A stretch of DNA of 64,000 nt, taken from contig CM102288.1 of NCBI GenBank assembly GCA_046563655.1, positions 3,844,001 to 3,908,000 of the forward strand, read 5' to 3'. Below, one piece after another: positions 63,810-64,000 of this stretch. The position numbers were made by a program, and so were the translations under genes. Position 1 is the first letter of the stretch; every line of letters starts with the position of its first letter. The DNA is from Yuukianura sp. NJ FZ-2021. Taxonomy: Eukaryota. The notes beneath the pieces were generated by a model. The model saw only the letters and a list, made by a program, of their open reading frames with translations. It searched no databases and was not told where the DNA came from.

Positions 63810-64000
63810 AGTTACTCCTGATTTCCTAATCCTAACAGCGGTTTCTCTGGAAGGACTCTAGTCAAAAATCAAAATGACTCTGAAAGGACTTTTTTGAATT
63901 CTTTTGTTTTCAACTTCTGGTTCTTTATTGAAGTTTGGTCAAAAGCAATTCCGAAAACGTAAAAATTTGAAAACCGGATTAGAATCGTCTTCAGTCTCAA

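Noticed and set aside
60647..63821. Plus-strand ORFs (60647-61321, 62125-62526, 63531-63821)
   Set aside because: Antisense shadows of the EF-hand genes.

Overview
Gene-dense, AT-rich eukaryotic (arthropod) DNA with many short spliceosomal introns, so the ORF track only shows exon fragments. Gene content and intron style suggest a basal hexapod such as a springtail; that is inference. Reconstructed genes, left to right: a tandem array of four CRAL-TRIO/SEC14-like genes (the three complete ones carry signal peptides), interrupted by a secreted Cys-rich DUF4789-like gene; B9D1 and IFT27 head-to-head around RFX X-boxes; spermidine synthase; a U5 snRNA; ARPC2; an ARMC9-like gene apparently lacking ARM repeats; an SLC28/CNT nucleoside transporter; a hidden 7-exon gene for a very basic K/R/G/S/C-rich protamine-like protein built from tandem ~170-bp intron+exon duplications; an anachronism-like gene encoding a TGF-beta prodomain with no ligand domain; a C2H2 zinc-finger gene; an OBP-like secreted protein; two atypical Kir channels, one nested antisense in intron 1 of a CYP2-clan P450; a PRRT3/4-like 7TM gene downstream of a perfect X-box; DDX19/Dbp80; and three EF-hand paralogs. 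Most notable: the secreted SEC14 family, the modular basic protein, the X-box ciliary cluster, the Kir pore substitutions and nesting, and short introns that each use their own self-complementary motif vocabulary. All family assignments come from recognising motifs by eye, not from database searches.
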